From: Mytilus californianus | Lineage: Eukaryota | DNA: 64,000 nt | Direction: 5' to 3' | Assembly: GCF_021869535.1 (NCBI RefSeq) | Contig: NW_026262734.1 | Location: forward strand, 92,194,001 to 92,258,000 | In this document: positions 1 to 31,913 of the stretch, one piece after another | How the letters are laid out: each line of letters opens with the position of its first letter | How positions within the stretch are numbered: position 1 is the stretch's first letter | Program-made: the position numbers and the translations under genes | Notes under the pieces: model-generated | Told to the model about the DNA's origin: nothing | Databases searched by the model: none | What the model saw: the letters and a program-made list of their open reading frames with translations, nothing else

Positions 1-109
1 TGCTAATTTTTGGATGGCCCTACGGCAACTTATATTTGTTAAAATCTGCTTCATTTGGACCCTGTTTAATAGTTGTCTCATTGGCAATCATTTCTTATTT
101 CTTATTTTA

Positions 110-5202
<5,093 letters not shown>

Positions 5203-6467
5203 TTGTAAATATTTTCGGTAACTAAGTCATGACTCCACAGAAATCAAAAGAAAAGAATTTAAAGATCAGGAAAACAAAAATTATTTTTAGAATACATATC
5301 TAACTTTTTGTCAATTATTGTAAATCAAATTGAGTGTGATATTGTTAAAACATGTATTTTGGGAGAACGGCGAACGGTGCATATATATTGTCTTATGGTC
5401 AATGAAATATTTCTTCACAGTACCAAAATTTCACCTATTTAGCAAAAATAAAGTAGCGAAAATCTTGCAAGTTTTCTTAGGGACTAAACCATTTGTATTT
5501 TTTCATTATTTGACATTATGCATATCTTTCAAATCGATAAAATATGTCTAGATATACACAAAACATTCACATCAAATATAAACAGATGAAGTGTTTACTA
5601 AGAAACGTCGCTATGCGACGTATCACAAAAAGTCATCTTTTTAAAAAGAGCAAATAAAATATGTTACGAGCATCTATTTCTATAAAAATTAATAGTAAGC
5701 ATGGACTAATGTCAAATTGTTCTAAATATTTAAAGAAATAAAACAAACCATCTGTTTTTCGATTTATAAGGATGTGAATTTAAGCATGGATGCAATTGGT
5801 ACTCCTCATTACAGAATCATATGGATCGTTTGGAGGTCTGTTCAAACCCAATTTTCTACGATTCAATATGGATTCAAAATTGAATTGGTGGAACTATATA
5901 GTAAATAAGGATACATATAAAAACAAACACAGAATGGAAACTTTTGTCTAGATCATACATAAACGTAGGTGAAAAAAAGTGTCAAAATAGGTGCAATTTG
6001 GTCACCCTCACGTTATCTATATAATACCAAAGGAAAGATTTTTCAGGATTTACTGAAAAAGCGTAGCTCAAATTGAAAGAATATAGCTAAGATTCTGGAG
6101 GTTGAGCTTGTATTAGAATACAAAATATCCTTTAAGCATTTATTTAAAAACATTATTGCATTTATTTACAAATTCATTTTGTAAGCAATTTTGAAAACAA
6201 CATTTCCCACCCATAGTAAATTCTGAAATGTCTTTTACGTCACAAATATTCATACTAAGTACCTAGATTTAAGGACTATCTAGTTTTGTTTTTCTGTTGC
6301 TAAGTCTGATAATTACTCTATTTCAATATGACTTATAACTAACTATTTTTTTATTTTAATGATACGCTTTGATGGTATTAGTGTTGTCTACTTTTGAATC
6401 GACCAAGTTTAACAGTTTTTGAATTTAATAGTAAGGCCTGTTAGACACAAAAAAAAACCAACTACAC

Positions 6468-6680
6468 GAGGGTGTGGATGGAGGTTTACAGAATAGAGAA
6501 TAATGGACAAAAAATACAAAAGAATAGAGAAAATGGATCAAACAAATAAAATATAGAAAATAATGCGGTGCATATATATCATGAATAGAAAATGATGGGC
6601 AAAAAGTATAAAGAATAGAGACAATTGGACTAAAAAAATAAATAATACAAAAATGAAGGAATCCCCCCATCTATACCCTC
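6468..6680 (+). repeat. Interspersed repeat with AATAGAGA subrepeats; inverted copy at about 51090-51215
   Basis: gagggtgtggatggaggtttacagaatagagaataatgg matches the reverse complement of cattattctctattctgtaaacccccatccacaccctc. Confidence 0.55.
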
Positions 6681-7370
6681 ATACAAGATGGAAATGAATA
6701 TTATGCCCACATAAAGAAGTACACAGTTATACATAAAAGCGAAAATCGAAAATAAATTTTCGCCGCCAAAAAAAACCCCAAAGTAGCACCAGGTGTAAAT
6801 GAGTATTCCGTTCTCCCCCGCATAACAAAAATAGATTTCAACCCCTCCCTCACCGGCCGAATATCAAATGGTTGTTTCCTAAATATCCTCAAGGTATCCT
6901 TCATATCCGCATTTGCGCAGGTTGCTTTTTAGTGATATTAAAGATGGATGCACGGTGCACCATGTAATATGATTTACCCTGGTTATAGCGAGGACGAAAC
7001 ATGCAGCAGCAGTGACATCAACGAAAATATCTAAAACTTTTATCAAAGATACCAGGCTTATAATTTGTACGACTGACCGGTGGCGCTCGTATCAAAACAG
7101 TTATAAACACTATTTGTTCAATACGTGTTAACTACATGGCTGGTGATATACTCGGGGACAATCAATTAAAGTACTAAAAATACTTTTTGAAAATGAAAAT
7201 TATGTATGTTTAGTTTTCAGAAAATTAGCAAAAAAATGTAATAGTATTCTTTGACGTTACCATGTAAGAATTCACAACTCCCTATCAAGACATTTTAATT
7301 ATATATGCACTAAAAAAAATGCCTACACTGGACAACATGTGGATCAACAGAAAAAGGATCTCGATGGCCG

Positions 7371-7520
7371 TGTGGTCTTAAAACTTCACTAACATGTCAA
7401 CACTGAAGTTGTGAGTTAGAACCCGCATCCGGCAGGTGCATTTGACGCCGATCTTAATTGCAGAGGAATGTAATTTTTCTCTGCCGACAGATTTTTTTTT
7501 GCATTCCGGCTTTCTCTAAC
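7371..7520 (+). mobile_element. tRNA-derived SINE fragment
   Basis: A-box-like tggccgtgtggtct and B-box-like gtgagttagaaccc; homologous to the 10995-11205 copy. Confidence 0.55.
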
Positions 7521-7631
7521 TCAGGAATATATTACATTAAATATATTTGGCAAAACCGTTCTGAATTGTGGGTCCTCAACGCTTTTCAACTTCGTAATTT
7601 ATTTGGTACCTTTATAAACCAGATGATTCGA

Positions 7632-7674
7632 GAGTCACTGATGAGTTTTTTGCAACGAAACGCGCGTCTGGCGT
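7632..7674 (+). ncRNA. Minimal type I hammerhead ribozyme motif, intact core
   Basis: GAGTCA CTGATGA GTT ttttgc AAC GAAA C gcgc GTC|TGGCGT; stems I-III pair, one stem I mismatch. Confidence 0.7.
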
Positions 7675-7965
7675 GAACAATTTCAATCCTGGTATCTTTG
7701 ATGAGTTTTTTTATTCCACTAATAAAAACTTGCCGCCACGTTATAGCAAAAATGGCTAAAAGAGGCATTAATCATCAACAATCAATCATATATAATAAAT
7801 GTATATACATATTCTTATTGAATTCAATCAAAAGACAACAAAAAAGAAGATGGCGAGTTTTGTGAAAATTTAACGCAATATGCATAAAATAGTGAATATA
7901 CTACAATTTTTATTTCAAATATATAAAACAAATAAATAAGTCCATAAAACCTTCGCAAACGAACA

Positions 7966-7971
7966 TTTATT
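7966..7971 (-). promoter_or_regulatory. Candidate polyadenylation signal of E2 gene A
   Basis: AATAAA on the minus strand about 120 nt after the stop; the hexamer is common in AT-rich DNA. Confidence 0.3.
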
Positions 7972-8091
7972 CACTTAAAATGGAGAAATTTAACAATACA
8001 AAACATTCTTTTATAAACAACAGTAAAATAATAAAGTTCCGTCATACAAAGTTAAAGGAAAACAATTTATATAACACTATAGTCGACCACA

Positions 8092-20998
<12,907 letters not shown>

Positions 20999-21275
20999 TT
21001 TGTGAAAATATACTATAACTGTTACAAAAATAATTCAAACTTCCTTGCTCAAGTCTTTGTTACACAATAATTATCAACCGTTTCGAACGTGTTCTTTACT
21101 AAGAGTCGTATGACATCAGGTCTTATTCAAGTACAAAGTAGTCATTCAAGGTAAATGGAAATTTCTATAACCACAATCAGATAATAGTGTTGAACTGTAA
21201 CATGTGTAAAAATAGATCGTAAAGCACCGGTGAGTATTTTTAGAATAGACTAGAATATTCTATTTTTCAAAATTA

Positions 21276-21390
21276 CAGGAGTCGGTTTCACAAAAAAACT
21301 TACGACTAAGATTGATCGTAAGTATACTGAATTGTTCATGACTTACGACCAATCTTAGCCCTAAGTTTTTTTTTGTGAAATCCACTCCAG
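21276..21390. mobile_element. About 115-bp palindromic MITE-like element
   Basis: ggagtcggtttcacaaaaaaactta ... taagttttttttgtgaaatccactcc. Confidence 0.55.
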
Positions 21391-22149
21391 GACCCATAAA
21401 GAGCAAACAATAAGTTATAAATATAACAAGAAAGGAAGATAAAACTAATGTATGCATTTCAATGAACAATCAAACCATTACACTGTTACATTGATTTCAT
21501 ATAGAACATCTTGTGAAAAGAAATGATTACCTTTTCAGAATTATCTATTTATAAAGTATAAACCACCCTTTTAGGTGAAGTTTAGTATGACTAAAACATT
21601 TTAAACAAAAATGTTTATTTTTAGTTAATAGTAAGCTTTTACAAATACAAATACAAATATTTTATTGGCACAAACACAATTACAATAATTGGCAAAGGCC
21701 CATATTTCAGTACATATTTTCACATATTTACACAACATATATTTTGAATGAATACATACATGACATACTACACTTAGATATAATATGAGTCACTGAATGA
21801 ATGTAGAATTTTGAAATTGTAAAGCATCCTCTTTATAAGCGTGACAAACAACTCTAAATAAACCATTATTCTTGAACAAAATACCAAAAAAAAAATACAA
21901 TACCAATGATCAACATATTGAAACATTTTTGATAGGTGCACACTATTCTGGCTGTCCTGTTTTTTTTATTTCAAAAGAAACTTACGGCTATTGGAAAAGG
22001 ATCTCGAAAAAAACAAAGAGCTTGAAATTCAATAAAGTGGTTTTCAAGAAATAAACTATATATATTCTTTGCATGTATTGCTATATTTTTTTTATTTGTC
22101 AATTGTCCATACTTTACCGAAAAATACTTCTAACGAGAATGCGTCAATA

Positions 22150-22350
22150 GTACACGACGTGAAATTGGGGACAAAACTCTTTATTTGGCATTAATATTAG
22201 AAAGATTATATCACAAGGAACATGTGTAGTCAGTTTCAAATTGATTGGACTTCAACTTCATCAAATACTACCTTAATCAAAAACTTTGACCTGAAGCGAG
22301 ACAGACGGACGGACGAACGAACGAACGAACGCACAGACCGAAAAACATAA
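22150..22350 (+). repeat. Repeat end with (GACG)n/(GAAC)n microsatellite
   Basis: gacagacggacggacgaacgaacgaacgaacgcacagacc. Confidence 0.5.
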
Positions 22351-25300
22351 TGTCCCTATTTCATAATATTCAGTATTTTCAAAAAAAGCCAACAACACAT
22401 AGTACTTCTTACGTATAATGTTTTACTTTTGTCATTTTGTAGGTGGAAACAGGACCGTACGTACGTTTAAGAGAAATAACTAAATCCTGTCTGTCCTGTA
22501 CTGATATAACAGTATTGCATTTTTGTACATGTTGCGAAGATGAAGATGATGAAATCTGTAAATAAGTTCAAACAATAGGTGTAAAAACAAATACACATTT
22601 ATATACTATTCGAAGAAATTTCAGTCAATTACAGTCTATCCTGTTTCCATGGTTACTTTAACCGTAGTTACGGGAATGGATATAATATATAGTGACAGGA
22701 TAGACAACTGTATGTATTTTATCTATGAATGCTGTCGTGAAATAACTCCATTTTACAAGCAAATTAATGAATTTGTCGGAAACAGCATATGCACACAATA
22801 CATTTTCTTCTATATAAGGATAAGGAAATGTGGTATGATTGCCAATGAGACAACTATCCACTAAAGATCAAATGAAGTGGAAGTACTAGTATGCTGTTTT
22901 AATATTAATGTTTCAAAATTGTTCCATAAAGTAATTAATTAATTACATTCTGTTTGAGTATATTCTTTTAATAACTGTTTCATAACTGTTTTGGCTAAAT
23001 ACACTTTTCGGTACATACTTATTTCCATATTTTTTTTCTCATAAAAATATTTTTGTACTTTTGTGGATTAACAGTAATATTAGAAATTGCATTCATTTTC
23101 TCAACCTATAGTTTAGTTTATCTCTCAATTTTTGCTTCACAAACTTTTGCATTTATTTCCTGAGAGAAAAACAGAAATCTAATATGCAATGTTTCAGCGG
23201 CTGTACTCTTGTAAGAAGGGAGGCTATCTACAATTGTTACTTAGTCTCCAGGTCAAGGTACAAGACATTTATTGTCAAGGCCTTTACGGTATGGATTCTG
23301 CTCATTGGTGACTGTCGTGCGGTGACCTAAATGTGCTCAATTTTACTGGCACTTATACCACATATCTTTATTTAAATATTAGACAGAATAAATTCAAGGA
23401 GAGCAAGAATTAATAAAAGATGATAAATATTACTAGACAGGAAGAACATGAACAAGGCTTGACTGTTGTTCTATAAACGTTTACACTGGTTTATCATTAT
23501 GACGAACTGTTAAGTTCCTGTCTCATAAAGGGTTACCCTAGTATGCAATACCGATCACACATATTATGTTGAAACATTATTTTCATATAAACTTACAAAA
23601 TAAATAGGATAAAAATAATTTCTAAATATAGCGATACACAGGTAATTTCCAAAGAATAGCTGCAAAAGTGGGCATATAACTAGTGAAAAGTGAGTCAAAA
23701 TGCAAATGACATGCCAATTAGAGGAGACTCAACTTAGGTGCCTCTCGTCTTTTTCGATACTCATTCTTTTTTTTGAATGATTTTATTTTATAAATTCAAT
23801 AAGAAAGATTCAAAAGACTAAAGCAAAATAAAACTAAACAATAATAAACATATGTAATATTGTAAATGGACGTTTAGTTTTGGGTATAAGGAAGGGGCTT
23901 TTCCGCAGCCAATTACTTGTATTCACCAAACAAAAGTCGTATATACAATTGAAAGCAAGACAAGTCAGATTTGATATCCCCCTTTTTTTTTGGTGACGGG
24001 TGCTGTATAGGTTAATTTAGGTATAGTACGTTGTACGCCAGAGTGTATTTTCTAGTGGTGCTTTTAAAACCAAGCGGAATGGTAAATAAATAACCGAGAT
24101 TAAAAAAGAAAGGTTTTTGGAATTAAAAAAACAAAACAAACAGCAAAAAACAAAAAGGAAAAAAAACCAAAACAAAACAAAACACACACACAAAAAACCC
24201 ATAAAAATAACTATACACCTATGTCAATCTTTAACATTTCATACTTGGAATAGAACCAGGTTAACTAAATCAATGTTCAGAACTATACAAAGGATCATAA
24301 TTACGACATATAAAATATTGATGTGAAATCGAGTGATAAAATATAGATATTACCTCATTGAAAAATACCTACTAAATGTACTAAATATAACTCTAGATCG
24401 ATGGTTATAGGAAGGGGTTTACAGTACACTAATGATTTATTTAGCAAAATGATGAACTTCATTTTTCACCATGGTAAACGGTCCTTATATACAAGAAGAA
24501 CAATTTTTCTTCCCACATAATTTATGTATACTAATCAGAAAGCATATACCTAGTAAATTAATGCAACCAATCAGAAGGCATAATTTTTATACCTAGTAAA
24601 CGAACTCATTCTAGTTTTTGACTTCAAAACTTAAAGGGTTTTTTAGAAAAAAATCGGTAACCTATACAAAACACTACACATATTGAACGACCATCACGAT
24701 TTGAACTGATACGATAAGTCTGTGTGGCAATCCGCGAGATACTTGTTTTCGCAGTCTTAGATCATAAATTGCCAGAATAGTCTTGATCTGATCTGTTAAT
24801 TTCTGTTAATTTTGTCCCACTGCCAATCGTGACATTTTGGTTGAGCGTGGAATCACATAACAGTTAATGCATGCATAGTAGGAGGCGCTTGCCCAATCGA
24901 CGAACTTATTTCTGCGATATTTGTGACATTCCCCTCAATTGTTTTTTAATCAAATATGCAAAGTGTGATTTTAAAGATTTGAATATCTGTAAACTGATGT
25001 TGCCTGTTAAAACCAACTACAATGTCAATGACGACTCGAAAAGAGCTAAACAATACTGATAAAGCAAAATGTTTACTTTTGGTACATTACGGAGAGAACA
25101 AAACACTTAACGTACTATACAGTTAGGGATATGCTCATTATTGAAGACAACACTGAGCCCTATAATTGATTACATCTACGTAATTTGATCTCTATAAGAT
25201 ATGTATCTTATTTGTTATAATTTCCTTATTTGTTATTAAAAACAAAGCTTTGTAGTAATATTTAGTGGAACTTCCTGCTTAAATTTGCATGTTAAAATTC

Positions 25301-26229
25301 ATGATTGGTACATGCAACACATGTATAAATCGTCCGTTTTACCTATAGCATGGCTAGCATGCATGGACTTTCTTGCAGCTTGTAACTTAATTTTGTCTGA
25401 AGAACACTTTTGGTATGTTACTTAGCTGGTACAATTCTATGTTATATCAAATGCATGAATTAACAATTTCAATACATCTACTAAAGCGTTAGAGGATGCG
25501 AGGGTTGTATGTGCACGAAAGATCATAACCTCAGAAATGATTTTTCACAATGAACGAAACTTACTAATATCATATATAAAACTAGAACGGTACATTTTAG
25601 ATAAATAATATTTGTATACTATAAACCATGAAAAAAAAAATTGAAACACTATAAACAACTGAATTAAAACCAGTGTATGAGTTTCATAACATTACCCTGT
25701 TTAAAAATACTCTAGAGTGGTATGAGCCTAAGTTAAAACACTCCCCTCCAGTTTCAAAACACTCCCTTGATGAAAGTTTAGTAGATGTGGTTAAAAATGA
25801 GACAACTTTCCACAAGAATCCAGATGACGTTAGATGAAAATATCTATATGTCAGCGTAATGCCTTTAACAATGAACAAAACTCATACCGTATAGTCAGCT
25901 ATGAATAAAGAAAATGAATATAAGAAGACCAAGATCATTTAATATTGTTTTCATTTCATGATTTTAATGAAATTAACACTAAGACTGACATATTTAAAAA
26001 TATAATACCTATTTTAATTGTGGATTCATGTGAGGGCTAGCAGCCCTCCTCATCGGAACTTTATAAATATAATGAATCACAGTTTGTGACCACACTCAGT
26101 AAAGACCTGTCTAAATTGCATTTAATTGATAAATTCAACAACATTTACCGTTATCTTGATGATATTTTTTCGTTAAATATACTGCCGAAATTTACAAAAA
26201 GGAACTTACTTTAAATAAATCAAATGTAA

Positions 26230-27150
26230 ACGCTTATAGCTGTACTTTTCTACATTTAGATATTTCAGTTTTACACGGGAAACTCCACACTAAAATTTAC
26301 GACAAAAGGGACAATTTTTCGTTCCCTATTGTTAATTTTCCTTTTTTTGATTGGTGATGTTCCTTTGGCACCATCTTACGGTGTTTATATTTCACAACTC
26401 TTTCGCTATGCCCGTGTCTCTTGTGACGTTTTAGATTTAAACGAACGTAATCTATGTATTACTGGTAAATTATTAAGTCAGAAATTCCGTTACCACAAAT
26501 AAGTTAAAACATTTACTAAATTCTTCCATAGATATAAAGATTTGGTTTTGAAGTTCGGTTGTACCTGTAGAAAACTTATTTCAAACAGGATAGCACATCC
26601 TCATTTTCACGGAAATGTTGTTTACCGTGTCCGTAAATTTAGAAACGGTCCTGGTAAACTTATCGATCCTTTAAATAAACTTATTCTGAAAGGTTACAAA
26701 TTCAACACTGTCATTAGATCTTTGAGTATTGTTTTTATTGGTATTAATATTGATTTTGTTATCAGTAAATTAAAAGCAAACTAAATATTATTGTTGTATA
26801 CATATACACATTCATGGCTCTACAATCTGTCGACTCCTGTATCTTGGCATTGCACAAGGTCATGTTTTTCTCTGACTGTTTATGACGTCTTTACACTAAA
26901 TCCATTGGATGTTGGATGTGTACTGATTGATAATTTAGTCTTAGATGCATGATTTTTTTTTATATTAGTTGTTATTGGCTTTGAACTAGCTGTCAGTAAC
27001 TGCGAGTACTCTCAGATTTGTACTTAGTGTCTTTTTGTTGTTGGGATGTACAAGTACCCGGTCACGTCCACATGTTTTTGTTATATGTATATCTGATGAG
27101 TTAAGCCTTTTTCAACTGATTTTTATAGTTCGTTCTTATGTTGTACTGTT
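26230..27150 (+). mobile_element. 3' portion of a Penelope-like retroelement (RT C-terminus plus 3' tail), with frameshift and stop
   Basis: KLHTKIYDKRDNFSFPIVNFP...DVPLAPSYGVYISQLFRYARV...; includes ORF 26542-26784. Confidence 0.7.
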
Positions 27151-27544
27151 ACACCACTGTCCAAGGTTAGAGGGAGGGTTGGGATCATGTTTAACCCCGC
27201 CACATTCTGTATGTATGTGCCTGTCCCAAGTCAGGAGCCTGTAATTCAGTGGTTGTCGTTTGTTGCTGTGTTACATATTTGCTTTTCGTTCATTTTTTTG
27301 TACATTAATTAGGCCTTTAGTTTTCTCGTTTGAATTGTTTTACATTTGTGATTTTGGGGCCTTTAAGAGCTGACTATGCGGTATGGGCTTTGCTCATTGT
27401 CAAAGGCCGTACGGTGACCTATAGCTGTTAATTTCTGTGTCATTTGGTCTATTGTGGAGAGTTGTCTCATTGGCAATGATACCACATCTTCTTTTTTATA
27501 TAACTACTCTAAATATTAGCACAACAATGTTAATTCTGCAAATT

Positions 27545-27655
27545 TGCAGAAGCACATTTTTGTTCTTCCCTCGCCGGGATTCGAACTCATGCTATTGCGA
27601 TATCGAGACAACACTGCTTGTACTGTGTCCGTCGCTCTAGACCACTCAACAATTT
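27545..27655 (-). mobile_element. tRNA-like SINE head
   Basis: Reverse strand: gagtggtctagagcgacgg...atgagttcgaatcccggcgaggg. Confidence 0.5.
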
Positions 27656-29402
27656 AGACTAAACATATATATATACTATTTAATGTTTGCATAAAAGCAT
27701 AAAATCTTTCAAAACATTAATTTGAGATTTTAACCATTATAGACAATAGCGCCGATTCTTTCCCGGGCCCTGGATCTGCCCCTGTATTACAGCATAAATC
27801 ATATAGCAGAAAAAACTACTGAAATTGAATTTTCATTTTTTGCGGTTGTCAATTTATATGAATACATAGCAGTATTTTCAAGTGAGGGAACACTTTTGAC
27901 CTAGACTGCAGAACCGCAGTGGAATTCGCTTGTAACAAGTATCAGTCGTGCGATAAAAGGGAATTGTATTCAAATGGGATCCATAAACATTTTTTTTTTT
28001 AATTTAAGGAGAAGTTCTTAGGATTTATATGTTTATATAATCTTTATGAAAATATATTGACTGGTGGAGCTTCTTGAGAAAAAGAGTCTTTTAATTGCTA
28101 CACGGTCAATTTCCGTGTCACATTTTGATGCGTTTCTCCATTAAATGCCTCAAGGTCACTTCTCAAAATTCTATCAATCCTTTGCTTTATCTAGCATATT
28201 AGTGTGTCAATTTCAATACATACTTTTCATGGGAAAAATCGTGTTCACCTTCTTAGTGTACAAGATGCAAATGTTTTATATGATTTGATATACTCTAATT
28301 GTTGCGGTAATTTATGACTGATGTTATTTTTCATAAATAATTTTACTTTTTATATCAAAATGGAACTTTAACTGCCGACTTTTTTGATGGATGCATTTTG
28401 TTTGATGTGAATAGCTTATGATTTGTGAATAAAGCGGGTTACTGAACAACAAATAATGATTTAGATAAATGAATTAGTAAATAATTACAATAAAAAGCAA
28501 CAGAAAATAATGCAACAGAATGATTTATCTGATGAACAAATACATATTCGATTTGAAAATACTCAAACCATAAATGGTCAAAATAAGCTTCAATTAATAA
28601 TTTGCTTTATGACAATACTAAATAAGGAACTAGAAACAAATATCAAAAACTGCAAAAGACTAATTGTTCTTACCGGAAAAATCCTTTTTGATCATTATAT
28701 TAAAACAATTTAGCTTTGAATTGAATAAGTTTCATGTTCCGTGTTCAATCTGTATTTTCGATTATAGTCATGTGACATTTTTAATGGAACTGAAACCGTT
28801 TCAGCAATATATATGCTTAGGTAACTTTTGTGAATCATAATTTGGATAATTAATAACCGTAAGTACTTTGTATGGAAATTATGATTAAATAAGCATCTTT
28901 GTGGTAATAAATATCATTAGGTACATAGAAACACTATTTAAAATAAAAAGTGCCAAAATCTTACAGCGTGATATAAAAACGCCTTCAAATATGCAAATTA
29001 CACTTTTTAAATTTGGTGCTGTGCTTTTCTGGATTAAGATTCATCATTTAAACATGACGCCAAAAATTTGAAAGCCGAGGATATAAGAATACTTTTAAAA
29101 TACTAGTGGAACTATATGGATCTTAAGAGAATAGCCAATAGTCATCAATAGGTAAACCTTGCAGGATAGAGTTGGAACCGTTGTTTCTTCATAATGTTTG
29201 ATTTTATCAACGAGAATTTTTAGACGTTTTGTTGTAAATTATGTCCGCGATGAAGCCCTAACTACTGAGCTGGCCACACCCTCAGGAAGAACAAGTAAAC
29301 CGGCAGCGTAGTCGACCTAGTGCTAGAAAATGATGACATATAGCCAAATATAAATAAAAAAAATATTTTTCACCACACCAAAGTATCATAACTATAACAA
29401 AT

Positions 29403-31913
29403 ATGTTTGCCGATTCTAAACATGTATCAATTCAATTACCAAGTAAGGATTTTCATATTGTAAGTTACATTTTCCATGAAAGGTTGACCGCCGACTGTGC
29501 TTGGAAAAGCCTTAGATATATTCCAACAATTCCTACAAATGTGGCAAATATATCGTTCGCTCATAACAATATTCGCGGCATTAAAAACGGAATATTTAGA
29601 ATTAATCATGACCTCATTTACTTGGATTTGTCGAACAACAACATCAGTAAACTGCATCAAAGATCTTTTCAGGGTCTTTCGAAACTGGAGACATTAATTA
29701 TTAGTAATAACTCTATCAACCATACAGCTATTCCAAATAATATTTTCAAGCCATTAGTATCCCTGCTGCAACTTGCAATAAAACGAAATTTCAATCACCC
29801 GTTTTCGCTCCATGTTTCAACGTTGGTAACCCTGCGAACTTTGAAAATTGATGTTGTATCTCATCGAAATGAACCATTTGGTGTCGGATATGCAAATCTT
29901 CGTTTTCTCCAAGAATTGGATTTGTCTGGATTAACTGGTTACTGTATTTTAAAAGCTATAACACAAAAAACATTTAAATATATGCCTCATATCAAAAGGT
30001 TGGATTTGAGTAAGTGCAAAATTAATACCATTTCGACTGGTTCCTTTAAGATTTTGGTGCATTTGAAGTATCTTGATTTGTCTGACAACAGATGCCTTAA
30101 ATTCAGAGGACTAGCGAATGTAACATATGATCTACCATCCACTTCAATAGAAATTCTGAGGGTAAATAAAATTCACCAAACCTTTGATCTTAATACAATA
30201 CTGACTAAATGTCAGATCGAACCGCTCAATAATACCAAAATAAAAGAGATTCAGATGGCGAGCAATCGTCTGCAGTTAATAGAAAAGGATGCGTTAAAAT
30301 TTCTACCCAAGACGCTGAAAAAAATCACAATTGCTGACAACGAGTTCAGCTACGGCAATTACATAATGGATGTTTTTTATGTGACTGCTGAAGAAGTTAA
30401 TGCATCGTATATGGGGTTATCACATTACTTGTTGAACTCAGACGAACCATGTGATATTAATCCTGCATGGTTTTCGCCGTGCAGTGAAACTACGGATACC
30501 TACCGAAAAATGGAAATCAAAAGAAACGATGAAAATGATCACAGAAACAAACCTTTTTCTTTTTCTCTTGATATCAGTAAGGTGCCTATACCTAGGAACA
30601 TTAAGAAATGTCACTTTCGAGAATGCGAGTTAAGGTATTATCTCTTTAAAATGAATTTCTTAAAAAATAAATAAGAGTATATAGACATTTCTAATAATGC
30701 ATTTTACGTCTGGCAAGGCCCAATATCAAATTTAACATGCTTGACATATTTGGATATATCCAACAATTTCTGTTCGAACGTATCTACAAATTTCTTTGAA
30801 TACGGTTCCAACCTTACAACTTTATTGATACAAAACAACCTATTAGGTTTTGTTTTACCGACAGACACAAATGGAGAAATTCTAGCAAAACTAACAAAAT
30901 TAAAATTACTTAATCTAGCGGACAACAGAATACCAAGTTTACCAACAACAATCTTCTATAGTCAAACAGAGATACGGATGTTAAATTTGAGTAGGAATAT
31001 GCTTGAAAATGAAATATTTAAAATAGATCATATGACCAAACTTTCGTATTTAGATTTATCTTACAACCGCTTGTCAACTTTGTGCGCCTCTTTTACCAGG
31101 CAGTTAGATATTCTCTCAAACAACGTTCCAAACATAGCAGTTAATCTGCTAGGTAATCCTATCAAATGCTCATGCGAGTCAATTGAGTTTATTAAGTGGT
31201 ATACATCGACAAATGTGCATGTTCTAAATAATTTACATCAAGAATGTCAATCCCTCCAAATCAATTTTAACAGCTCGAAGCTAATGTACGGTTATTTGAA
31301 GAAGACATGCTCCTCCCATACGACAACCATTGTCACCGTAGGATCATGGCTGACTATCTTTGCTATTGTCATAATTGCTGGAATCGCCTATCGGTATAGA
31401 TGGAAGCTTCGTTATGCCTATTATATAGTTAAAGGAAAACACCATGGTCAAATCAAACCATTTGAAATAGATGACGATTTCCTGTACGATGCATTCGTTT
31501 CTTACGCCGACGAAGATGACACGTTTGTTTATACAAAGTTCCTTAAACATTTGGAAGACGATCGAAACATAAGATGCTGTGTGCACAAAAGAGACTTTTT
31601 GGCCGGAAATGATATTGCAACTAATATAACATCCGCAATTCATAACAGCCGTAGAACGGTCGTAATAATTTCACACCATTTTCTCGAATCTGATTGGTGT
31701 TTATTCGAATTCAATATGGCAAAAATGGAGAGTATCTATGCAAGAAGTAAAGAAAACATTATATTGCTCGTGTTCCTTGAACAAATATCATCAAAAGACC
31801 TACCGTTGAATATTTTGGAACTTATCCAATCAAAATCTTACATTGAATATCCGAACGACGAATACGGGGATGTCGTATTTTGGGACAAGCTCAAGGAGAC
31901 GTTGTCAGTCTAA
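29403..31913 (+). pseudogene. Toll-like receptor A (LRR-TM-TIR, single exon) with in-frame TAA at 30672-30674
   Basis: ORFs 29403-30674 and 30741-31913 are in the same frame; residues after the stop (EYIDISNNAFYVWQGP) align with TLR-B; LRRs, LRRCT NPIKCSC, TM segment and TIR YDAFVSY...RDFLAG...FW are present. Confidence 0.85.

Noticed and set aside
6965-7030. Candidate E2 exon 6 (LMSLLLHVSS)
   Set aside because: It belongs to an interspersed repeat; the true terminal exon is 8231-8092.
25684-25878. 64-aa ORF and nearby open stretches at 24700-24980
   Set aside because: No recognisable motif, splice-supported partners or homology visible; cannot be supported.
27093-27125. CTGATGAGTT...AAC as a hammerhead
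   Set aside because: No GAAA follows the putative stem II and there is no stem III or cleavage triplet.
30741-31913. Frameshift or separate gene explaining the split TLR-A
   Set aside because: Both ORFs are in the same frame (offset 1338 nt); the only break is one TAA.
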